From Bugula neritina (taxonomy: Eukaryota; Animalia; Bryozoa): 64,000 nt of DNA. Below, in pieces: positions 53,901 through 64,000 of this stretch (positions within the stretch are counted from its first letter, which is position 1; each line of letters opens with the position of its first letter). The position numbers were made by a program, and so were the translations under genes. The stretch is from assembly GCA_964035545.1 (NCBI GenBank), contig OZ037773.1, forward strand, positions 8,523,751-8,587,750, given 5' to 3'. The notes beneath the pieces were generated by a model that worked only from the letters and a program-made list of their open reading frames with translations, was not told the DNA's origin and did not search any database.

Positions 53901-56900
53901 CCGCCAGACACATAAATCTATTGTTAAATGAAATTTTTTAGAAAGCTTTTGCTTTCCTATTTTCCTTGTCTTTGCAAAATATATTTTTGCAGCATACAAA
54001 AGTTATGAGTTAGTAAACTTTTTACTGGCAGAAAACGAAGAAAGTTTAAACAGAAAGAGGTGATAGTAAAAAACAAATTAATTTGTTACTTCATTTGACA
54101 ATAATTTTAGCATAAAATTACTGTTGAACACTTCTGAAGTTGAAGCTCTACAACAAAACATAGTTTGAAAACTAAACCAGCTAATACAGGTACTGTTCCA
54201 ACCTTATTAATTAGGCTTTCCACATCTAGCGTCTTGGTAAAGGGTTTATCGCACTGTATATGGACTTTATCTATTCTTTTGACAACATCTCCTTCAGGGG
54301 ATATCAGCAGGATGTTGTTAATAGGAGTTCCCCAGTAGGTCATCTGAAACCTGGGTTATGCCGAAGACAGGAACAAGAACACATATAAACCTTTTATTAC
54401 TAGCATTTTGTTAAATAAAATTGAGATCAATCGATCAACATAAAAATTGATTAAAAACTCTTGGTAACACACATCACAAGTGCTTGCTGAGAATTACAGT
54501 GAGGCAGAGTCTAGTTGTGAAGATAAAGTTAGGGCTCCAAAAGCATATAGCAAAGCTTTTTGCTAAAATAGCTAGCTTTTTGCTAATTTCTAGGCTTTAT
54601 GTCTTTAAGTGATACATGGTTACTTCAAGGCTTTTTGATTTTATTGTGACAGATGGCAAAGTTTGAATGAAATTGATGCCATATTATGTAATTTTGAGCT
54701 ATAATGAAACTTGGTACATACACTACATCACTCTCCACATTTAATTATGGAAGTTAAACGAATAAAAATGTTTTGACAGCTTAAAATAACAAAGTATTAC
54801 ATAATCACGGGCTTTCCATGTACCGATCTCAGATCGATCTCGCTGAGATCGATCGTTTTTCCATGAGAGTGTCAGATCGATCTCTCGAAGTTGCCTCCTC
54901 TTAAGTGAAGAATACTTTAAAAGTATAATTTGTTCACCTATTTGAGTGATAAAAACTACTATTGTTGAAAACAAGATGGTAGTAGTCTAAAATTTAATCC
55001 CAGCTATAAACTATACGCAGCAAAGCTTTCAGTGTATAGTAATTTGGCCAATTTAAAATAATTAATTTTAATTTTTTAGCTTGACAGCTTATATAAAATT
55101 AATGGCTGTCTTGCAGATTATTAATAAACTTACAGGACTGTTAGGCTTAAAATTACAAAGAAAATAGCTAATGAAACTAAGTTTTATTAGTCATTTAAAT
55201 TCAATTTGAATTCTCCCATTTTTTACCTTCTACTGCATATAATTGAGTTTTTGTAATCATTGTACTGAAAGTCAAAGTTTTGGCATCTGAAAAGGTGGCT
55301 ATCATAATTATTTAATACTTTGCTTAGTAATTATCAATGAGTTATCATTTTTATTAGCAGACAACATTGTAGCGCGCAGTCTTTTTCTACTTCTCAGATC
55401 GATCTTTGACGTCTTTCCATGGATCGATCTCGCTAAGATCGATCTGAGATCGGTACATGGAAAGCCGGTGAATATCATGAAGAAGTTGCTTGATGTCTAC
55501 TCACATTGGGATCCAGAGTTTGAGAGATTGAGGTTTGACAGGATGGGCAAAGGTGAAGTTAAACTGGGGGTCTACAGAATCTTCCAGAAATCTTGAGAGT
55601 TTAAAGTAATATTTCATAGGAGACCAACTCTCTGTTGTTTCTTTACAAGATGCTGAGTCAGGAGGACCTGCATCAGTGGCAGTTTATGTTATTAGGTCAC
55701 TGACATGTGTCACCAGGTCACTGACATGTGTTACAAGGTCACTGACATGTGTTACAAGGTCACCGACATGTGTTACTAGGTCACTGACATGTGTCACCAG
55801 GTCATTGACATGTGTTACTAGGTCACTGACATGTGCCACTAGGTTACTGACATGTGTTACTAGATCACTGACATGTGTTACTAGGTCACTGACATGTGTC
55901 ACAAAGTCACTGCCATGTGTTACAAGGTTACTGACATGTGTCACTAGGTCACTAACATGTGATACAAGGTCACTGGCATGTTATCCGAGACTACTGACAT
56001 ATTGCCACACAAACTGATTAGTTGTAAAGTGATTGACTTGTGTCATCAGGTTATTGATATGGATGTAAAGCAAGTGGCATGTGGCATAGTTAATAACATG
56101 TGTTCTTAGGTGATTAAAATGTACCCTCCCCTGGTCAATGGCAAATATTAGTAAGTTGTTGGCAAGTGGTATAATATGAATGCATATGAAAAAAATAAAA
56201 TAAAGAATATTTATTGTTCATCAGGAGATTTAGTCTTTTAAACAAATTCATTAAACAAATTAAATCAACTGTTCAGTGGGTAAACTGCAATTACATAAAA
56301 AATTTACCACACCAGTTGAATAAATATTAAAAGAGATATCATACCTATCTAAATCAGCCTGCTAGGCTACTCAAAGTAAATATTTTTGTTGAACTTAGCA
56401 GTAGATGGAAATAAATTTGCGTTCAATAAGTAAGTTTAGAGGTCTAGAGAAAGTTTAGAGATGCTTGCACATACCTGTAGCCTGCTGCGGACCGCTTTCT
56501 CTATCTATGGAGATACTGAACTGTTCTGCTCCCGTCATTCCAGCAGTCACAGCGTATTGCGTCAGACGATGCTCTCTGTCACATTGACGGCACTTCCTAC
56601 TTCCTCCAGTTGACAGGGGAGGCAACCACGAAATTGTCACTGAATTACTGTCTGCGTACGTTACCTACAAGTATGAAGGCTGGTTAGATACGCAGCTGAC
56701 GTATTTGACCTCTAATGGCAGTAAAGATGTTTGAATGCAGAAAACTGCCAGAGATACAAACTATGCTTAGACAAGCAACTAAGTCAGTTGAGTGCTGACT
56801 GTTCTACAATTATTCACCTAGTTTTAACATCTTTTTAACAGAAAAATTTCAAAAGCTCAACTTTATCTTAACTATGCTTCACTCACAGTCTACTATATAA

Positions 56901-59900
56901 ATAAATGTTAAAAGAAGGATAGCATAAGGATTGCAAGTAAATCTAACAGAGATGGGTGAATTGATATCTGTAGTAGTTGAGTCTAACAGTGAAATTGGAT
57001 ATACAAACTGTTGGCAGTATGCCAGTTACGTAAAAACACTTCTACATATTACAAAGTATTGCACAATATTCAGTAATTGTTTGTAAATGGTAACTTATAA
57101 TAAAGTGTTAATTCTTGCAAAGTCCTAGATAACAAATGTTATCACAATACACATTAAAATCATAAGCAATTCATTAGATGAGATTCACCCCTTATATGGT
57201 TACCTGGGGAGGGAGGGGTATGGCAGAAGGGCTGTTGTCTCGTACCGCTCCACTATGCACCAAGTCTAAGTAGCAGTGCATTCTGGCAATCTGCTGGCTA
57301 GTGAACTCTTTTTCCTCTGCACAAGTTCCATCTGATCAGAGAGCACAATTAGACACATGGTGTTTACAGATTCACATGCTACTGTGATTAAGAGGGAATT
57401 TATTGGTTCGATTTGTAATACATTAAACAAAATTGATATATTCTATAATTTTATCCAATGAAGTCTGAAACTGTTATGTGAATAAGTAGAGTGAAATTTG
57501 TATAAAAATGAGTATTTTTGGTTGAAAGCCAAGCTTAATTTATTTAAATATTTCATCATAAAATTAAAATAAAAATAATTTAATAGCCTGTGGAAAGTAT
57601 AAATCATTTCCCATGTGCGGGCAAGTAGGGGTGCTTACTCGAATAGCTCATGTGGTTGTTGTGTAGAGCATTATCAAGCGCTGAGGCTACAGAACACACT
57701 TGGCCTAAAGTTAGCTTCTGCTCTGAGCAGTCTGTGTGTATTGGGGTGGGGGGTGTATCAGAGCAGAGGTCTCCCAACTCTATAAACATAATGACTTCAC
57801 TTAGACTACAGAAGTTGCTTTGTTGTGAGAGATAGGTTGAAGTAAACAGATACATGCATGACTCACAGTGGTATGATGAATAAATATTCCAGAAGATTTT
57901 ATATAATATACCGAGACTTTAAAGTTGAAGAGCTCTCTATAATCAGCCACCACTGCAGTTTTATTGTCTGATTAACCAATCACACACAAGGGACAGGCGG
58001 AGCTTAAAGGATCCAACCAATCAGGTTATTTATGATGTCTGCTTACTAGTCCACCCATTATTTTTTGAAAAAAAGTTTCTTGAATAAAAGGTAGGATCGG
58101 AGAAGAATTTTTTTCACTTGAAACACAGAGATCAATTGATTAAATTCAATACTGTTGTCTGGTACACAGAGCTATAAAAACATGTTTTCATGTTTGCAAA
58201 CTGATTAAGTTATGTAATACCCAAGGATGCCTCCTTCTCCAGGCACTCATCTGTACAGGAAACCTCAGATATCCCATGGTGCACGTGCCACAGCCCAAGT
58301 ACGTGGCCGAGTTCGTGTACAATGGTATCGTGTAGATATGAGTTGAGCAGGACAGAAGTATCTACCACCACAGAGCCTACAAGGAAAGGTGTTTGTACAA
58401 CCAGATGCTAACTTCTTACAAGGAGGTTTAGTTTCCTGTATTAACTCTAGCTGCTACAAGTTTAACAACTGTTGCTTCTAGTAAAATGTACTACTTGTTA
58501 CGGTTAATGAATCTATTTAACATAAATGGCAACCAATAAAAGAAATTAGGTAAATGGTACAGGGTACTAATGCTGTAGTGCAAGAGTTTACAACAAAGTG
58601 AATTGGTTTTAAACTTAAACATATTTTTAAAGGTTATAAACTCAAATTTTGTCCCACAACAATAGAGAAATACACTTTCAGCTCTGAATCTGTCAAGTTT
58701 GAAGTTTGAGCTGCTACTAAATGGGATATTATACAAAAGTAAATTACACAGCTTCTACACCCTTACCAAATGAAATGTCACGATTTTGCTGCCAGGGTAA
58801 GGCAGCAATGCCCAGCATATCTTTATTCATCCAGTTTACACCAATCAGACTGATCATTTCCTCAGAGGCATTCAATAAGCTCTTGATCTCAGATATGTGA
58901 AAGTATTGCCTGAAACACACAAAATTCTTAAAGAAGTCAATGGTTTTATACAAAGACATCTATTCTAATAAACAGTGCATAGATTACTATGAAAGTGTTT
59001 ACTGTAAGGTTGTTCTTTCAACAACTAATTTTATAGTTTTATTTTTTGCAGTTTTAAACTGATACCACAGTCACATCTTAGTAAATTAGTTAGCCAGATG
59101 TCTAGAGTCATCTCCATGCTATTTACCTTCTATGACTGTAGAGGTCAAAGCATCGACTTCTACCATCATGTAACTCACCTGTGCAAGCTGAAGGGGTCAA
59201 AACACTGACTGGTGTCAGAGTTTGGGGGACAGCAGTCTCCATAGTCAAACCCGTAGTAGCCGATATTACATGCTTCATCGCATACACCATCTTCAATCTT
59301 GTCCCGGGAACATTCGTCAGTTGGAGTCGAGTAGTCACAGTCTCCGCCATCAAAGTTTGTTTCAGGAAAGTTGCAACATCTGCCAGCCTGACAGTCTGAG
59401 TCACACACTCCATCACCTGTATGAGAAACCGGAGAGTTCATCAGCAATCCGTGGATGGTTAGGCAAGTGAACACACTTGGCTTTATTTCTCCTTGACAGT
59501 CACTCACTGGCGAGAACCCTTGGTTACTACCCTAGCTGAGCACTCCTGGTGAAGAGGGCTTTAGACTACTGTATTTCTTCCTATACTAGAAATGTGACAG
59601 AAAAGCAACTCACTCACCTACCACTTCCAACACAGAGGTAGATGCAGTAATGGAGAAATTGAGAAACACCCGTGTGTCTAAAATTAACTCATCCAGCTGC
59701 AATCTCGGACTCACTTAACTACCACCACTAACTCACCCACCTACCATCACTAGCTCACCCACCTACTACCACTAACTCACCCACCTACCACAACTAACTC
59801 ACCCACCTACTACCACTAACTCACTCACCTACCACCACTAACTCACCCACCTACTACCACTAACTCACCCACCTACCACCACTAACTCACCCACCTATCA

Positions 59901-62104
59901 TTTCAGGCTGACAGTCTAGTAGAATAGAAGCTCTACGAAGCAAAGAGTTGTGCACTCGTCGTACGTGAAAGTTCCATGAGATGTTGGCAGGTTGGAATCC
60001 CTCAGATATAGACTGAGTGACTTCATTAATAGCTTCAGGACTCAGCAGCGGGTTGCTGCCATCTGTGTTTGCTAGGACTATGATCTCCATCTCAACAACC
60101 TACAAGTTAAATGCATCTCTATCGAAACTCTTTCAACAGCCATGCTTGAGCTTTCAACCAAATGCATCTCTTTCAAAATCATGGCGACTACTGACTCCTT
60201 TGGCCTCAAACTATTATTTTTTCTGTCCATATATTTCATATATTCAATTTAAAGTTAAACGCATCTTCCTTAAAACTTTTTTAACAATTTAAAATCATTA
60301 CCTCTCAAAATTCTTTTTTTAGCTGTAAACTATTATCTTTTATGTACATATTATATTTTTTAAAACAAAAGTTTTTTTATTATCAATTCAAAAAAACATT
60401 GATGACAAACTGCATTTAACTAAAACATTGAAGACTAAAGTTTGCTCTGTAACCCAACCTTCTTCTGCTTAAGTTGAGAGTTTGTAGCGTATGAAGTGAC
60501 AATAGCTGGATCATCACACACGGTCTTCCCGCAAGCTGGGGCAGAGATAGTTTGACCTTGATGCTGATTGGTGAATATTTCGACGATGGTAGGAGGCGAT
60601 TCAGTCAACCAATCAGGTTTGAGAACTGAAAGCACCTCATCAAACCAAGTGTTAGAATCAGTAGAATAGATCCCAGCATTAATCTGTTTGACTTCTCTGT
60701 AAAATATATTTAAGAGCTTATATGTTGTTCAACCAAAGTTACTTTTAGAAGTTATAACCCAGGCTCACATTTGATAGCTCATTGGCACAATCATGGCATT
60801 GCATAAACCTTTTGTGTCATAACTGTGTGAAATAATTTTTCAAGTTTCTATAAACGAGTGTAAATGTAGTTAAAAAGTTTTTTAAGTCACAGTTTGTATA
60901 AAAAATAAAACATAATGTATTGCGGTTGACAATTTTTCATGGCAAGTTTAGATTAGAGTGTATTAATATTTATGCTTATACAGTATCTGTGCTTATATCA
61001 CGATTAACATTCACTTTAAAACAACTGCTAAATATCTAAAAAGTATAAACTACAAGTAGTACTACTCACTTTGAGGTTAAAGCTCGAGATGAAATAAGCA
61101 AATCCTTGATCTTGCCTCGAAACCCTTTAGCTCGATGCCCTAACTCAAATTGTAGGCATTCTAGATCAGTGTACTCTGTCCACTCTATACCCTGCTCTAC
61201 AAACAACAAGAACAGTGGCTACTGATGCTAGAAACCATTGAAAATTATCACTCATTAGAAGTTAGATTACATTTACATTCAATATTGTTACCAAATAGCT
61301 CATTTCTTAATGTCTACGCTCTAGTGGTTTGAGTTCAACATTACGATTTTTATAGCCTTTTGGATAGCTGGGAGTTCTACTAAAAGACTAAATAAAGCAG
61401 GTGGGTTTGGGAACACCTCATCATATAAATACTAAACCAGTTCATGATATACTAGGATGTCTATACTTGAGGAATCATATCATAGTTCTCTAGTAAAGTA
61501 AGGATAACTTCATGAAACACAAGAGGGGAAAACTCCCTCTAGTGAAATTGTTCTACTTGAGCAACTATACTGCATGGTTAGATAGATATTGTCCAGGGAA
61601 AAGCATAAATGTAAATAGCCTTTGGTGAAGTGTGCCAACTGGCTAAGTGTAGAGAAAAAAGGAGGCGTGGCCTGCACAGCAATAAACACAAGCGATATTC
61701 TAGTAAGATACAGTAAAACCCCAAAAACTGACTCTCATGCTGTCACCTCCAGACACCACATCGTATAAAATTTAGTGCATGGAACTATGAGATAAGCACT
61801 TCTTTCTTAAAACTGTCGCTGCAACTTATACTTTTTTATTTACTAAATTGTTAAATTAATGAGTTTCTCAACATACCTGTGGCAATTCGAACACCATTCA
61901 CAAACATCTTAAGCTGCTGCACACTGTTCACTATGGTCAAGTGGAATAGAGAGTGATGTGTATATGTATCCATGGAAACTTCCTTCTTCTGTCTGTACAC
62001 ATCCTCAACAGTGAAGGACAGTTTGGAAGTCATGGTAGAGCCCCGTGTGGCTGGCTGTAGTGATAGGGACCACGGGCTATAGAGATAGCATGTGTTCCTG
62101 AGAC
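44973..62104 (-). CDS. PAPPA: Pappalysin (M43B metzincin), 5' end not found in window
   Basis: Domain order LamG-like (62104-~60459), LNR1/2 (~59416-59178), zinc motif HELGHVLGLWH (~58320), Met-turn NHMSYS, QQIARMHCYLDL, FCGNG..EECDDGN..DGCS, DQWASSA, five CCP modules, LNR3 IGDGWCD..YDGGDCC, CQCRDP, stop at 44973. Junctions checked are GT-AG and phase-consistent. Confidence 0.93.
46908..46969. repeat. (CA)n microsatellite
   Basis: Direct reading. Confidence 0.95.
47054..47260. repeat. 23-bp minisatellite (GTAATGTAAAGTAGGGATACCAT), ~9 copies, starting at a pappalysin donor
   Basis: Direct reading. Confidence 0.95.
48777..48918. repeat. ~25-bp minisatellite (GATGACATCATATACAACAGAAAGT) next to a pappalysin acceptor
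   Basis: Direct reading. Confidence 0.85.
49672..49772. repeat. 24-bp minisatellite, ~4 copies, spanning a pappalysin 5' splice site
   Basis: Minus-strand unit GA(T/C)CTCT(A/G)TAATA(C/G)AG|GTA(CC/TT)ATT. Confidence 0.9.
52283..52392. repeat. (CTA/CTG)n trinucleotide repeat, intronic
   Basis: Direct reading; source of the poly-Leu and poly-Ala/Thr ORFs. Confidence 0.9.
54806..55470. mobile_element. Non-autonomous TIR DNA transposon (MITE) in a pappalysin intron
   Basis: ~35-bp terminal inverted repeats CACGGGCTTTCCATGTACCGATCTCAGATCGATCT / AGATCGATCTGAGATCGGTACATGGAAAGCCGGTG; AAT on both flanks as candidate 3-bp TSD; AT-rich non-coding interior. Confidence 0.85.
55693..56000. repeat. 21-bp minisatellite (AGGTCACTGACATGTGTTACT), ~14 copies, next to a pappalysin acceptor
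   Basis: Direct reading. Confidence 0.95.
59709..59897. repeat. 22-bp minisatellite (CTCACCCACCTACCACCACTAA), ~8 copies, spanning a pappalysin 5' splice site
   Basis: Minus-strand unit TAG|GTGGGTGAGTTAGTGGTGG. Confidence 0.95.
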
Positions 62105-62477
62105 CTGAAGAGCAGTGATATAAGAGCTAAGCAATAGAAGCAGTAGGTTTGTGATTGGGACACAGTCTACACTCTACTGGATGCACCACAACCAGTATGA
62201 TTATGTTGAATAAACTCAAGGAGTTGTCTACTTACTATTGCTCCCTAAATGCATAAATATAGAGAAAACAAATCCATGAAAAACTACATGTTAATTATCA
62301 GTTTGTTTAGCTAAGCAAATTTAACTGATAAATTACTTAGTCAGCTACTTGATTGCTAATGGTGGACAAATCTGCAGGGTTATTCCAGAGAAAACACATA
62401 ACTAGCACAATTTTTAATAACAAACATCTATGCTAGGAACTATTCATGTAAGGGTAGTAGAGTTATCCAAACAAAAG

Positions 62478-62580
62478 GCAGGATATCAGATGTGTTGACA
62501 GGGTATCAGATGTGTTGACAGGGTATCAGATGTGTTGATAGGGTATCAGATGTGTTGATAGGGTATTAGATGTGTTGACA
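62478..62580. repeat. 20-bp minisatellite (AGGGTATCAGATGTGTTGAY), 5 copies
   Basis: Direct reading. Confidence 0.9.
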
Positions 62581-64000
62581 AGGCAGCTCGAAAAGTTATA
62601 CACCTTAATATCAATTTGTATTGACCTTGTTTATGTTTTGATGACTTCACAGGTGACCCTTGCTTGGTCAGACCAAATGCTGGTCAGATACTTTTTGTCT
62701 TCACGTGCATATTTTACTCTATAGATTACTGAATAAGATGGTGAAAACAGAAAATGGCTTTAAATAGAGCATGAACCCTTAAGCAAAAGCAACCATAAGA
62801 CATGGTAAGTCTCAAGTAAACATTGTATATGTAAAAATTAGCATTATGAGACACCCTGCACTTGACACATCTTCCCTTGCATAATGACACATTTCTACAT
62901 TAGACTACAATCTTTATACTATTTTACAAAGGGCTACAGCACATATTATAGAATTGCTTTTGTTCCCAAATCGTGTACACAGTGTGTAGTAGCAGCTCAA
63001 GGAATGATAACTCCAACATACTGGTGTAATGCATACAAAGTTTAAGTATTATTATATCTCTATAGGTTAAATCTGATCATGGCAGCAACATAATGACCAC
63101 CCAGGCTGGTCAGCTAGACGCCATGTTGAAGGCTGTCCCTATGATCAGCTGACTCAAGTTAATGTTTATGTTGGAAGGTGGTGCATCAGGTGATACGTAT
63201 GGTGGCGTGGCACGCCATTTCTTGGTGGGATAGTGTGAAGGTTACACAACCACAGCAAGTAAAAGCTCAAGTTATTACAACATTCTAGTGTTAGCAGTGT
63301 CGAGAGATTGTGTACTCTTGTTAATATTACCAGAAGTACAAAACTGAATCTCGATATTTTGCATTTCGCAAATAAGAAATATTCACTTTAAATCTTTTTT
63401 TGTTAAATTAAAATCAGTTCCATTAATCACAGCCGAATAAAGCACACTTTAAAACTTTGAGCTGGTTGCAAATTTAGAAAAAAAATACAAAATGCTTAGC
63501 AAATATGCAAAAGAAGGGGAATATTGAAAATCATAACTCTGCAATTTCAGTCAACAGTAATAAGAATGCTGGCAGAGCATTAAGAAAGATGCAAGGATAT
63601 ATTGTAGAGGTTATTATTAGTTATTACAACATGTTTATATAAACTATAAATATCATGTTAACATCTCCTAATCCAGACCTGCATGGTGGATTTGGCAATT
63701 ATATTCTCTAAACATAACAAGAGAGTGTGTCAGTGGAATTTCATCATCTAAGTGAGCAGTTGATCGAAGCACCTTCTGTTTACACTCCAAATATTTACAC
63801 AGTCCTGTTAGACTGCAGGGAAAAGGTTACAAGTTTATGTGAAATTCCAGTCTGCATAACACAAAGCTAACAGCTTTCTGCTTCAGGTTTAGTTTGAGCT
63901 CATCAACAACGTAAGCTTGTATAAAATTATCTTCTAGGCTCTATTATTTGTTTAAATTTATTCTCACAGTCTAAGAAGTTTGAAAACTTGCTATTATAAG

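Noticed and set aside
55676-56017. Repetitive ORFs (VTRSLTC)n and (VTHVSDL)n; similar ORFs at 5116, 13048-13304, 47012-47396, 52277-52502
   Set aside because: Translations of non-coding tandem repeats or off-frame readings; no separate gene structure.
3014-62104. Non-canonical or U12 introns, stop readthrough, alternative genetic code
   Set aside because: All junctions I traced are GT-AG without the U12 donor consensus, and the frames are open under the standard code.
63090-63250. Possible upstream pappalysin exon (GC-richer patch)
   Set aside because: No minus-strand frame gave LamG-like or signal/propeptide sequence with usable splice sites; the 5' end is probably beyond the window.

Overview
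AT-rich, intron-rich animal (invertebrate bilaterian) nuclear DNA; no prokaryotic features. Reading exons across GT-AG junctions gives seven protein-coding genes: a TMEM179-family 4-TM protein (+, 3014-5524); an unnamed type I membrane protein with an NHL beta-propeller ectodomain, S/T stalk, TM helix and Tyr-motif tail (-, 10890-7501); an SGLT/SMIT-type SLC5 sodium:solute symporter (-, 21734-13569); the STMP1 micropeptide (+, 25164-26000); COX5A (+, 26821-29222); a fibrillar collagen alpha chain with about 336 Gly-X-Y triplets, a COLFI domain and almost no N-propeptide (+, 31595-43424); and a 5'-incomplete pappalysin (-, 62104-44973). Non-coding sequence includes a 665-bp TIR element, smaller palindromic elements and many unrelated minisatellites. 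Most notable: (1) minisatellites repeatedly sit on or against splice sites, and several copy the splice site itself, giving in-frame alternative donors or decoy acceptors; (2) the orphan NHL receptor and its duplicated AP-1/D-box upstream block; (3) the collagen's missing N-propeptide and mostly phase-1 intron layout. All gene models are manual and lack transcript support.
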